Below are positions 25,216-37,950 of a stretch of 64,000 nt of DNA, piece after piece. Each line of letters begins with the position of its first letter. Positions within the stretch are counted from its first letter, which is position 1. The notes under the pieces were generated by a model. The model was not told the origin of the DNA and made no database searches. It saw nothing but the letters and a program-made list of their open reading frames with translations. Source of the DNA: Hormiphora californensis (Eukaryota; Animalia; Ctenophora); NCBI GenBank assembly GCA_020137815.1, contig CM035355.1, positions 4,960,001 to 5,024,000 of the forward strand, read 5' to 3'. A program made the position numbers and the translations under genes.

Positions 25216-25590
25216 TAAAGTCGGATTTTTTGAAACTGTCACCCCCCTGAAATAACAAATTTGTCATATCTCCGGTTCCTGATAAGATAAAGACTTGAAA
25301 TTTGGAGGTTCAGAAGAACTTAGCAAGATCTTTATAACCTCCAAATTTCAAGTCTCTATCTCATCAGGAACCGGACTTATGGTCATTTAAAGAAATTTGA
25401 AAACTCAGGGGGGGTGACAGTTTCAAAAAATCCGACTTTACTCCATTTTTTTTTCAACTGTTCACCCCCCAAAGTCGTGCGCGGAATTGTTTTGCGCGTT
25501 TATCACATGTTAACGTATAGCGCGCGCCACCCAAATTCTAATTTTTATTAAATTTCAGTTTTTGGGTGAACAGTTGAAAAAAAATGGACT
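25216..25590. mobile_element. Two abutting inverted-repeat modules (fold-back element remnant)
   Basis: TAAAGTCGGATTTTTTGAAACTGTCACCCCCCTGA inverted at 25216/25440; CCATTTTTTTTCAACTGTTCACCC inverted at 25443/25588; core shared with the 18849 element. Confidence 0.75.
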
Positions 25591-25741
25591 TTATCGGGGG
25601 CCAGCAACGTTTGCCAACTGAAATTTTATTTTTTCACATTTCTTCTTTTTAGTTTTTAGAAGTTTTTGGTTGCTGTATCAACTGTTTTAAGTCTCTAATT
25701 TGTTACAATCGTCCATCTTACCGATATAGATTTCGCCAAGG

Positions 25742-26230
25742 ATGATTTTTAGTCTGTTGTTATTGGTTTCCGTTTCGGGTGTCATGGCAACGAAACTGGA
25801 ATGTACACGGAGGAGCAGCATCGCCCCGTGCGGCAGTGAGAGCTACTCTGTGATGTGCGATTTCAGCTATCAAACGTGCAAATATGATATCAAATACAAG
25901 CCTTACTGCGCAGAGCGTGAGAAAACCGACCCTCTGATGTGCTACGAAACCGAGTCCACCTCCTGCTCCTGTAACCACGATGAAAAGGGATACCCATCCT
26001 GCTCTTGCACTGAGAAGAGCAAGCTGTTGAGAATTAAGATTTTCACATATCTGGGAGTAGCGCTGGGAGCCACAGCATCTGTTGCCGCCATCGTTTTTCT
26101 TGTCATGAAGGTCAGGGCCAGGCTGAGGAAGATGCAACAAAAGAGAGAAGAGGAGGAAGAGAAGAATCCCCAACCTCCCTCCTATCAGGACGCTCTTAAA
26201 CTCGCCGGCGAGAAAGACCTTGAGAAGTAA
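25742..26230 (+). CDS. Type I membrane protein, Cys-rich ectodomain, cytoplasmic PPSY motif
   Basis: Signal peptide, 10 Cys, one TM segment, basic stop-transfer, PPSY; single exon. Confidence 0.85.
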   Translation: MIFSLLLLVSVSGVMATKLECTRRSSIAPCGSESYSVMCDFSYQTCKYDIKYKPYCAEREKTDPLMCYETESTSCSCNHDEKGYPSCSCTEKSKLLRIKIFTYLGVALGATASVAAIVFLVMKVRARLRKMQQKREEEEEKNPQPPSYQDALKLAGEKDLEK

Positions 26231-26437
26231 ATTTAGAGAGAAAATACCAAGACTTGTGCTGGATTGGGTGGCTTATTTCAACTGCTGCATTCAGATTTTT
26301 TAAATTGCTGTTTTCTATTCCATTTAAAAGTTTATTATATATTTTATGTTTTCTGTTATTTTAGTTGACTGAAATGTGTCTTTAATTTTAGTCCGAATCC
26401 ACAAAATGTTAACATATATTTCTCTCTCCCTGTAGCA

Positions 26438-27250
26438 ATGAAATTACTACCACCCTTGGTCTTTGGATTGCTCACTTTCACTGGAAGCGTGTTGGGTGGC
26501 TTTAAATGCTATAACAACAAATGTAAAAACTATGATGGCACCTACATCTACTGTGATCAGCAGTACAACTACTGCGACAAAGGGGACTACTGGAATCAAG
26601 ACGCTGCATGTAGTACAAACTATTGGGATGGAGTCCAGCACTACGTGTGGTGCTACGATTCGGACGCAACCTGTACCCGAGATTACTACGACGGTGAACC
26701 CAGTTGCGTATCTCCGACTCCAACTGAATCTCCAACAGCTGACTATTCTGATGATAGTTTTGTCTACGGTGGCCTCTTCCTCGTCTTGGTAATTGGAGGT
26801 GCTGTTGTTGTCATATCGGTGTGTTGCGGTTGTTGCATCTGTTACTGTTCAAAGAGTTGCTGTTTCAGATCGCAACATCGGGGCAGGGTGATCAACCGAA
26901 ACACAAATAACGTCCAGATGGTAACTACACAGCACGGCACTACGACCACTACCATTCAGCAACCAGTTTACCCTCCTGGCCAGTATCCTCCTCCACCAGC
27001 GCAGGGACAGTATCCTCCCGGGCAGTATCCTCCTCCAGCACAGTACCCGCCCCATCAGGGGCAGGCATATCCCCCACCTGGATCGCACAGTCCCTATCCA
27101 CCACCAGCTGCTTACCCACCCCAACAAGGATATCCACCACAGCAGCCCCAGGCGGCGTATCCACCAAGCCAGGTCAACTACCCGCAACAACCCCCAGCAT
27201 ACGATGATATACCGAACCAGCCTGCCGAGAATCCATACTACAAATCCTAG
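26438..27250 (+). CDS. Type I membrane protein, Cys-rich ectodomain, juxtamembrane Cys cluster, Pro/Tyr/Gln-rich tail with PPAY
   Basis: Signal peptide, 8 Cys, one TM segment, CCGCCICYCSKSCC, YPP repeats; Shisa/WBP1-like topology. Confidence 0.88.
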   Translation: MKLLPPLVFGLLTFTGSVLGGFKCYNNKCKNYDGTYIYCDQQYNYCDKGDYWNQDAACSTNYWDGVQHYVWCYDSDATCTRDYYDGEPSCVSPTPTESPTADYSDDSFVYGGLFLVLVIGGAVVVISVCCGCCICYCSKSCCFRSQHRGRVINRNTNNVQMVTTQHGTTTTTIQQPVYPPGQYPPPPAQGQYPPGQYPPPAQYPPHQGQAYPPPGSHSPYPPPAAYPPQQGYPPQQPQAAYPPSQVNYPQQPPAYDDIPNQPAENPYYKS

Positions 27251-28110
27251 ACATGATCCCCTCACGATTAGACTTTTGTTTTAGCCCTCTCCGGATAGGA
27301 TAGAGAAGGTCGAACAAGATAATACTTTGTAAATAAGACTATGAAAGTAGATAGAAGTATTGATGATTTACTTTCTTTTTTAGATCAGACACTTTTCAAA
27401 ACTCAGCAAAGACACACTTTTTTTTATAAATGTTACCAAAATAGGGTAGAGTGAAGTTTTGCACTTTTCAGTTTATAATACTGTGTGTTAAATTAACTCT
27501 TGTAGAGAAAATGCCTCCATCATTTTTATATCTCTTCCTACCCACCTCTCACAACCTAAGTTGCTGTTGTATGTGGCCACTTCGATCTTTTGGCCACAAG
27601 GTGACAACGCATGTAATTGAGTTTAATTAATGTAGCAGGGGATGAGCGTGAATAGGGTATAACCACTATAACACCTCTCGGCAGGTCGGTAGAACTGCGA
27701 CAGCAGTTGAGGCAAGTCAATTTAGGACAGGGCGAATCGGCAGTCGGATTTAGGGCAGGTCAATTTAGGGCAGGTCTGAATACTAAGCATGTGAATGTGA
27801 TTCGGGGTCCGGGGGAGCTTATTAGAAACAGAACTCTCATATCTCGCTCCCTGGTCACCTCTTTCTCAGATCACGCGGTCCACGCCAGCCTAGGCTGACG
27901 TGGCAGCTGCTCCTCTCGGCACGTCGCACAATCCCCTGTACGCGGCTTCTCGCTATTCCTACTCATCTAAAACATTGACCCAAATTCTTCTGATTTATGC
28001 AACTCTGGTGCATGGTATCTAAGATCATGAGCCAGAGTTGTATGTAACCCACCTTGATTCTCTAGTCTCTCATTCCCTACTTTTGATTCGACAATCCTTT
28101 GTTATTACAG

Positions 28111-29549
28111 GTACAGTGATGTTGTGACCTTCCCCTCTGTGATTCTCGCTGCACTGAGCGTGGCGATTAGACCAACTATGGTTATATTCTGGGGCGTCCT
28201 GGGTATGTTTGCTTGTTTGTATATTTATTTGCTTGTTATTAGCATTCAAGAAGCGAGGGGGGTTCACATGGTTTACCATACCCCCCCCCCCCAGCGAGAG
28301 ATTTTATTCGTTACTCAAATTGACCTTTTCTATACCATAGAAAAGGTTATGAATATGTTACTGTGCACTACAGTTCTATAGACTATAGAACTGTAGTGCA
28401 CAGTAACATATTCATATGATCAACTGTTGATCATATGAATATATTTAACTTATGTAGATTTCAATCCACTGAGTAGATCGCATTTACCGTCACGTCCTTT
28501 GTTTTTCTATATTTAGTCTAATCTATATTTATCATATGCAACACACTGAGTTAGCTTGTTCTCAAAGGGGCGAGCAAGGCAAGAGTTCAATAAGAGACTT
28601 GTAGAATCTCTCTGGACAATTGATATATATCACCGGTAACTACCCCTCCCTTTCAGGACTCCACTACCTATACTCAGCACCAGAACAAAGACTCCCAGCC
28701 CTCGCCAAAGGTGTCCTAGTGGGACTCCCAACCCTTGCACTGACCCTCCTTCTGGACTACGTGTTCTATGGACGACTAGTGGTAGTGTTCTGGAACTTCC
28801 TCTCATTCAACATGGCGGGTAGCGCGGTATACGGTGCCCACCCCTGGCACTGGTATATCACCCAGGGGGTTCCAGCAATAGCAGGAACACATGCGATACT
28901 AGTTGCTGTGTGCTTCCTAGCACGGCGGGACTATCCAAGACAATTCTTATTGGTTGCCATGGTAACCGTGTTGTTCTTCTCCTGTGTAGCTCACAAGGAG
29001 TTCAGGTTTATCCAACACCTCCTACCATTAGTCATGATTTGGGCAGGGTTGGGCCTCCACTGGATTAGTAGGAGGGTGGATAGTAGCACGCTATACCTGG
29101 GGATAATGTTCCATGCCCTTGCCAACATCATCCCTGCGATATACCTAGGGTTCCTACACCAGAGAGGCAGTATATCGGTGGTGGGAGACCTGGCTGGAGG
29201 GATGGTGCTACCTGGACAGAGTGTTCACTTCCTAACACCCTGCCATGCTACCCCCTTTCACTCACACATACACATTGAGGACGTGGATCTGAGGTTCTTG
29301 GATTGTTCACCGGGAGGAGAGGAGGGAGTGCTACATGAGGAAGGGCAGTTTTATAGTGATCCTGTGGCATGGTGGGAGGGGGATAAGAAGGGAGGAAGGG
29401 CGGATTGGGTGGTGGTATTTGAGGAAGGGATGGAGAGATTGCATGGGAAGTTGAAGAAAGAAGGGTATTCATTGACCAAAAGATACTTTTATGCACATGT
29501 GTTGGTGGATGATAAACTTTCAAATCATCTTCTACTTTTCAAACGGTAG
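28111..29549 (+). CDS. PIGB: GPI mannosyltransferase 3 (GT22 family), 3' two exons; 5' part (~27550-28050) unreadable
   Basis: Exons 28111-28202 (AIRPT..FW) and 28658-29549 (YGAHPWHWYITQG, HKEFRFI, HQRG, PCHATP..SHIH, FLDCSP). Confidence 0.9.
28348..28442. repeat. Two overlapping perfect palindromes (34-bp and 17-bp arms, 1-nt centres)
   Basis: 28348-28416 and 28408-28442 checked base by base. Confidence 0.92.
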
Positions 29550-31032
29550 AAGTTAATTTATATAACTGGAATATTGACCTGTTTTTTTCGAAAATGAACT
29601 TCCATGTGTTGAGTGTGTGGTTATTATCAATTATGATTATGAATATGTGTGTTGCAATCTGACTGATCTGGCATTTGTGATGTTTCTATATTTGATTTAT
29701 TTTCAAGATAAAGATCGGATGTGTTTTCATATTCTCGACTCTCAGAAACTCTCGTCCCAAACTATTATCTGGCGGTGCCGAATCGATCTGAGCAAACGTC
29801 CAAAGGGACCTGTCTGGTGCTGCCTGACCCGATTTCTAACAAGTTTATCGAACAAAAGTGATGAGATTGAAATCAATGATATTGTCTGATTAGAACATCC
29901 CGCGTGGCGTCATCAATGGGCTGTGAAGTCAGAGTGTCCCGCGGATTTGAGTGCGCGCGCCGAATGATCTAATCAGGAGGCAGTGCGCCCCACGTCACCG
30001 TCATTAGCGTGTAAACCGTGAAAATGGGACGAGGTTTTGCCACAAAAACTGAAAAGTAAAACGAGATATCTAGTACTGCAGTGTGTAAGAATAAAAACTT
30101 GAATTAAACTGTAAAATGTTACAAAGCACTATTCCTCTCACATACTCTATCATCATGCATGTAGGGGAGGTTTTGAAGTTGTGGGGGCCATTTTTTGGCC
30201 AAAATTTTTTAGTCACGTGACCACTGACCAGTCACGTGATATGACATACCCCGAGTTTTTTATTGGAAACTCTTATAGATTGGGCGAAGCGACAGCTGAG
30301 CCCGGGAAAAAAAATTTTGATTTTTATACCAAAAAGTCGCCATTTTCGTCAAGAACGAGTCGTTATTGACGAAAGTCGAAGACGGCGACTTTTTGGTTTA
30401 CTTACTAGCGGTCCACAGACCCAATCATCCAGTAAGGCCTGTCAGAGCATTGGCCTGACCCTACTCTCATTTCTTCAAGAGCGTGCGAGAACTGTGGTCA
30501 GAGCATTGGCCTGACAGAGTGGCGGAGTGGGAGAGAAAGGGTGGGAGAGAGACATTTATCGGTGAGATAAGAGGGTCATCAGTGAGACGAGAGTGGTAGA
30601 AATCAAGAATAGTTTGGGTGTTAGCAAAGATTGCCAGGAAGAGAGAGCAAGATATACGATATTAGGGAGGATAGAAAAGGTCTACCCCGATAACCGAAGC
30701 CGTTCCCATGCTCGCAAGATAGGCGAGAAGCCTAGCGAAAACCAGTGTAAGGTAGTGAAATTCAATGATTGGGGATCCAAACATCCAATTTTGTATGGGC
30801 AACCGAAAAAGTTGCGGGGGCCATAGCCTACGTGGCCCCCGCGTCCCCTACATGCGTGTCTATCATTTCACATCTCCCTGCTGAGAGGGAGTGAGCGAAG
30901 ATAGCTAATAAAAGTAATTAATTATTGGTAATTAACGGTAAAGACTCATTGAACTAACATATGCAGTCTGATATCTTGACACCCCTCAATCCTAAACAAT
31001 TAAGAAACACTAAACAACTCGATCCTATCTCA

Positions 31033-31127
<95 letters not shown>

Positions 31128-31311
31128 ACTATTCACTGTCCATTAATTAATAAATCCTCCCTTGAATCGCACAAATGATTGTCCCAGTTGCATCCTCAGT
31201 CCTCACAACATGCCCAAATATGGTCTCATGCCCAAATATGGTCTCATGACGCGTCGCACAGCAACCCATTTCACATACACACTCGAGTATGATAATATAC
31301 TCTCCTCTCTC

Positions 31312-32099
31312 TCATGTCTTGATAGGTGCCCTTGATGGTGGGGGTCCCCTGTTAACTTCTGATAACATGTACTTTACAAATTCCTCATAGTTTATTACTC
31401 CGTCCTGAGAGAGAAAGGATAGTTGGGCATTGTTTGATCACTAAAATAACGATTCGGGGAAGGTTACCCTCTCTTTCCCTCCCTATTCCCCTCTTATCTT
31501 ATCTTTGTCTCGCTCTGAGACAGAGACAGCATGGCCAAACATTTGGAACAAATGCTGCCTGTAAACCGATAGGTACCTTACCTAAAGATATAAATAATCG
31601 ATCCTCAATTAAATTGAGACAAATTGAGTCAATTTGTCTCAGTTTTGTACACTATTATAGTCAAACTCGCTCAATCACAGAGAGCAAAAATAATGCAATT
31701 GGTCATCCCAGAGCATCTAGATAAAACACTTGCTCACCTTATTGACGTCTATAAGATGAAAGAATTCATCGGCTTCGTCTTCTGTAAACTTCTCGCCGAA
31801 CCTAGAACATTTAGTTTGTTGAGAACAATTTAATGACGTATTTTATGCAGTTAAAAACAATCTGCACCAGATACTACACAGATATAACGTAATTGTTAGA
31901 GAAATATTTAGAGCTCTTATTATAAAGAATTCCTATAGAATCGATAGAGAATTTCTTGGCTCCTATGATCCTACCAATCTTTATATCTCCATCCCTTTTG
32001 TACAAGCCCTGCAACAATTTCAAATATTTCATCTCACCTGCAAAGAGCTTTTTTTAGCTCGTCGCACGTAACGTAGCCATCTCCACTTTTATCAAACAC

Positions 32100-32192
<93 letters not shown>

Positions 32193-34727
32193 CTGTATTT
32201 TGTTCATTCATGCGGGGGACTAGCTGAGGCATTGTTCATTCACGAATCACGGGGGATAGTTTTTTGGTGAGGAGAATAAGAAATTAACCTGCAGAACATA
32301 GAGAGGTAAAGAAATTACGTAAGAGGGGCATCCGGAATGGAATCTCTAATTAATTGATTAAAACAACAGTCTCTCTCCCTCTCTTACTCTATTAGATTGA
32401 CCAAATGACAGCTATATTGCCAAGTATTGAGGTATATAGTATGTGAGTGGGCATGATGTCCCCCTGTAATTGCTAATACCGCGTGGCCCAAATTAAAGGG
32501 AGGGTACGTTGGCCTACTTTTCACCCAGAAGTTTAATTTCAATCACTCTGATATTTTGACACAATGTCTGCATGATTACTCATTCGAGGAATCCGAAGTT
32601 TCAGCCCTCTGGATGAAAGTTCATTTTTTTCAACCGAATGAACATTGAATGAACACCAATATGGGACCATATTTCGGTACCAAAGTTTCACAAATTTGTT
32701 TGGCTATCGATTTCCTTTCGAATGGGACCAGTTTGAGCTTAATTGGATCACCACAAGAATCACAGTGATCCGTTTTCTAAGCCTAGGGTAAGTCATGTGA
32801 TCCCCATCAAATTATGACGTGTTAGCAAGAGAGCTTACATTTTAACGGATGCTGTATCGGTACACCATCCTCATTAGCAGACGTGATACGTGATACTCGA
32901 CCGTTACACCTGCTTATTGGCACTTAGTAATGACGCTATCGTCTCATTAGGTGTCAGATGACCAAACATAGGGTTAGATAACTAAAAACTGTGTCTCTTG
33001 TGGTGGTCCAATTGAGCTCAAATTAGTCGCGTTTGAAAGGAAATCGATACCCGAAGGCGACTGTGAAATTCCGGTTCCAAAAAGCATTCCTGTTTTCAAG
33101 TTCATTCAGGATTCATTCCAGTCGGAAAAATGAATTTTAAGATAGAGAGCTTAAATTCCGGCTAACATCAAAATTGATCAAGTGCAGTGGCCGTACAGAT
33201 TTTTAGCGCCTGAATTTACCGATTTCTGGTCAAAACAGGTCAAAATCGATGTTTGGTAAAAAATATCATCCTTAAATAACTTATTTCACCCACTAAACTT
33301 GATTCAATTTTAATAAAAATGCAGATTGCCATTTGTTGATACTTGCTCTATTGTATGGCGGTTTTTAAAATAATGAAATCGAATTTAATTAAGAGAAAAC
33401 CTCAAAAAACCCGAAAAACGAAAAATTGAGTTCATTAATGAACTTTCAACTTTTATGATTTGAAACTTCGGATTCCTCGAATGAGTACCCATGCAGACAT
33501 TGTGTCAAAATATCAGAGTGATTGAAATTAAACTTCTGGGTGAAAAGAAGGTCAACGTACCCTCCCTTTAATTTGGGCCACCTTGAATGCAATGCCTCAA
33601 TAATCTATATCTCGTACCTTGAATGCCTCAATAATCTATATTTCATACCTTGAATGCCTCAATAATCTGGATCTCGTCCTCCTCCACCCAAACTGCCATC
33701 AATGCCAGGTACTCTTCAAACGACAGGTCCCCCGAGGAATCAGAGTCAAAACGCGATAAAACCTGTAATGAACGGGGGATTGAAATGACGGTAATTGTTG
33801 GAAAATATTAAGTGAACCTGGACCGAGACTATAAAGAGGGTAGCTCGTGAGGTCAGATAACAACGCTCCAAAATGGGTTCTTATCTGTCAGGCAAATGCT
33901 CTGACCACAGTTCTCCCGCGAAATGAGAATAGGGTCAGGCCAATGATCTGAGAGGTTCTTATATAAGTGTAGGTACTGTACCTTTACAATATCTGACTCT
34001 GTTGGAGAATACCCTAGTGCCATCAAGACAGGTCCCAGTTCATCTGTACCGATAGAATCGTTACCATCCCGATCAAACGCGTTGAAAACCTTCCTGAATT
34101 CCTTGACCTGGGGGCGTGAGAACTAAGAAATGAGCCACAGCGAGGGATAGAGTATTCAGCTGGTAAAACACAATTAATAGAACGGTGAACTTTTTATGAA
34201 TATATTCATGATTTCATAATGAAAACAAAGTCATGTCACTACCATCACTGTTACAGTGCTGCTTGTAGTGGGAATACAGTGTCTGAATAATACGGTATTT
34301 GACCATTACCAGGTTTCTTGGCGTGCTAAACGTAGGGCGCGAGAGTTTCGTATCATATGAAAGCATTGAATGCACGCACGATTAGCACTTTGCAGGACAC
34401 ACGTGTTCGCACACGTGGTGTTGTCAATCTGGCGCTCTGATTGGTCAAGAGCTTGCGTGTCGTCTTATCTTGTTTCACTGATACCGTATTGAACCGATAC
34501 CGTATTCTCACTACAAGCACCCATGATACAATACTCACCGAAAATAATTATTTATCTAATTGTTAGTTAAAAACACACGACAATGAAGCATTTAGGTTAT
34601 GTCCCAATTAATAATTAATGAGTCCCAATTAATACCTGGGTCGCACTGAACTCATAATTAGATCCATCCTCTTGACTCTCAATATCAACTACCTTGTCTT
34701 GATCGTCTGGTTTCAACTTGTTATACA
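31312..34727 (-). CDS. Calmodulin-like four-EF-hand protein, constant exons
   Basis: Exons 34727-34636 (phase-1 entry), 34107-33982 (DRDGNDSIGTDE), 33762-33649 (DSDSSGDLSFEE), 32099-32038 (DKSGDGYVTCDE), 31801-31738, 31404-31312 (DVNK|DGVINYEE ... TGA); all GT-AG and in frame. Confidence 0.93.
32497..33567. mobile_element. Non-autonomous DNA transposon with TTAA flanks and AGGG...CCCT ends (Kolobok-like)
   Basis: TTAA|AGGGAGGGTACGTTG ... CAACGTACCCTCCCT|TTAA; ~105-bp TIR plus a more diverged inner inverted repeat. Confidence 0.8.
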
Positions 34728-35978
34728 CTGAGGAGGGGAAGTACAAGAGTAAAATAAGTGGAGTTAAATTGGCATGGAATGTGGTTATTGTGTTTCGATT
34801 TTGTGGCATACGATGTGACTGTTATAGCTGGTCAATCCCAATATTGAAAACACACCAGTAATACAGCTCAGCCGGACCCCGCTTTCCCCTAGTAGGGTCC
34901 GATATTACCAAGTTCCTACTACTGAATCACTACCCGCCTGTTGTATGCAGATTGCACAGCTGGTGTCAACAAGGTGTGATGTAACATGCAGCTGGTAGCC
35001 CTCAACACATTTATTGTTGTTTTATTATACTGAACACATAATATAATATTTAGACCTGTCTACAATAACACAATCAACACGTGGGAGGTGGGTGACATGT
35101 AGGTAACCAGGATAGGTTCTATGTTTTGGATAGCTGGATTGGCCATGACAGATTAGATATTAGATAACCAGGATAATCCAGCCTATAATTCGGGTAGCTC
35201 GGGTAATCAAACAATTAATTTATGATCCGGGATCCCGATTATTGGCCCCCCAAAATAATTTAGGACAATAATTCGACATCCGTAAAAAGATGTGTGCTGG
35301 TGAATAATTCCGATATCAGGCTCCAACCATCGTGCCAGGTGAATGTAATGTACCTGATCTAACTATGAACGGGCTATATATATGGTTCTCCATACCTTAC
35401 TCAACAAGAAGTGCGTGAAATAGAGGGCCGGGATACCCCCGATTGTTCACTTACACAGGGAGAGTCTGTTTTCAGGATCCCGTAAAGCTTCCCCTTTTAT
35501 AACCGCGATGGGTTTAAACTTTAGGTGGTCATTATCATGTTTGTGGCGATGAGCCTTGACACTCACGAGGGCCGCCCGACTGAGCGGCATGTAACAGCAG
35601 GATCACTGATATCTATATCAATTTAGAATGAAGCAAAAACCCAAACAAGAATAGGTAAATAAATAACAATTCGGCAAAATATCTATTCGGCTGGTTGGTA
35701 ATATTGAGCTCCGACGTTCTACCAAGCTCTTTGAGAGCAAGAGAGGGGGTATATTTAATTAGTGCCTTTATTATTATCTTAGTGCTTTATGAGCGTAAAT
35801 ACCCTCCAATTTCCCGCTCTGGACCCAAATATTTGGAACCGAAGGCCTAGCATTACACCCCACTTAGTATAGTGGAAGTCCCCCCCTAATTCCTTACTCA
35901 TTACAAAATATCCTGGTGGAAGCTATCCAAGGAGAAAATATCATACTCAACAATTAGGGAGTTACAGAGGTGAGATAG

Positions 35979-36087
35979 CAGGAACCGACCGGACCAAGTA
36001 AACGACCAATCAGAACTCGTTATTTAGGTCATGTGACTGGTTATCAGCCAATCAGGGACCAGTATTTCCTGATTCGGTCGGTTCCTG
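35979..36087. mobile_element. 109-bp hAT-type MITE
   Basis: TIR CAGGAACCGACCG; perfect 8-bp TSD TGAGATAG. Confidence 0.92.
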
Positions 36088-37950
36088 TGAGATAGAGTAC
36101 TGCAGAGAGAGCAAGAAATGAGGGACATTAAACTGTCCCTCATTTCTCCAACTTCACCAATATCAATCCTTCCACGTGAGATGATATTGGTGATCAACAA
36201 CTTTTCAACAACTACTGCACTGTCATGCTTGGTATTTGACTACGTTGTTCTCATGATTAAGGCCTCAATAAACTATCTAGCACAAATACCAAACTCTTCC
36301 AATACACTCATTTCTCGCTCGTGCATCATTACACGTGGGTGGTGTTGAGTAAGGGGTTCCTCTACCCCTCAACAACGTGGGTGATAATTGTATCTTGAGT
36401 AGGGAGTCCCAAAAAGTCGCAATAAATAGCATTGATTAATGGGTCAGTATAGATATGAACATATTATATGTTATAGGGCAATTCGCCAAATACTCTAAAA
36501 ATCGGATGGTCCACATTCGACTGCAGCATTCACAAACCGAGTTCAAATATTCAAATATTATTAATATACAGATTGAAGAAGATAGATAAAGAGAGACAGA
36601 GATAGATAGAGAGAGCGATACAATGCATGCATGATTTGAGCCCTGTTTAACAATGCATTGTTGCCGGGCAAATATTGAAAGTTTAATAGTTTGTGATATA
36701 AACACAGGAAAGTACTCGATCGTGTTGATGTTAGCTCCTCATAGAACTGTTCCCACTTGTCTCCCACAAAAGAAGCTGCCCTAGTTCCAAACCGAGACTG
36801 CAATGTGTATAGCGTGCACAAAGCATCAGCAGTATGTAGTATAAGAACCCCGCCCTACAAATATCAATAGTGTCTATTGACTGTTGGACATGTCTGTATT
36901 GTACGAGAAACATGGGATACGTTGTGAATTTTGATCGGTTCATCGTCAACGAAGAAGTTTAGTTTTTTCTACGACAATACGAAAGCTCAACTTCAATAAA
37001 CCCCTGTCAGGCTTGCGCTGACCCTTTATCGTGCGCTTTGGTCAGAGCGGAGAGAGGTCAGGCACCCCTCTTACAATGGGACACAATTTCTTAAGAACCG
37101 CCCTACTAACATGGCCTGTATTTGTTGACAAATTGTTCGTAAACTAACTTTTTTCGTAAGATCGTGGAAGAATAGGATGGTGACCGGTAACCATTTCAAG
37201 ACCAAGAGATGACCAACTAAGTATTGAAAGTTACTAAAATGGAAGAGAAACGAAGTATAGAAGCTACCGACCTGACACAAGAGATCTACTATACCCCCTT
37301 CTACCACTACTGCAGCTACTACCCCCTTCTACCACTACTGCTACTACCCCCTTCTACCCATAGTTGTGTTACTATTATATCAACTACCCATGGTGTACGG
37401 AGTATGGAAACTCTCGATGAGGTCGCACATTGTTTGGTTCTGTTCAATGTTTACACCAAACTACTATGATATACGAAACTTAACAACAAGGTTAGTTTAT
37501 TAATTCTCTACTCTAGTATTGAAGCTAGCATTATGAAGGAGTCAAATATATGTTTATGAAGGAGTAAAACTATGTTTATGAAGGAGTAGCGTACAAGCTC
37601 AATGGCTCGATTGAACAATCTCCCAGCACAACCGACCGTTCAAGAATATCACAACCATTTAGTTGGGCATATTTTCTAGAACATCAAGTAATTGAATACT
37701 TTACACAACTCTAAACGTTTTATGCTTTTATGATATTTACTTTACTTCGCTTTTATGATATTTACTTTTGTGTCATTACCCCACCCGTTCGATGGTCGAT
37801 ATGTCAGAACTTCACAGCAAATATCACTGTGTCATCGCATACAGATGTTATACATGTTATCTATCATCTACATTCTACAAAGATCTCACAACACACTCTC
37901 AGAGTCTCGCTTACCTGAGCTTCAAAACAAAAGACGTAAAACTTTCTCAC

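Noticed and set aside
31312-34727. EF-hand gene as a ctenophore photoprotein
   Set aside because: Four intact calmodulin-spaced EF hands; photoproteins have three functional loops and a different length and sequence
35567-35590. Micro first exon MPLSRAAL with gtgagt donor
   Set aside because: Phase 0, incompatible with exon 34727; too short to support, though it could join 34107
36196-36216. AACTTTTCAACAACTACT resembling a spliced-leader exon
   Set aside because: Short AT-rich match from memory only; no following donor or Sm site
36561-36949. Overlapping minus-strand ORFs as a gene or transposase remnant
   Set aside because: No recognisable motif or consistent splice structure
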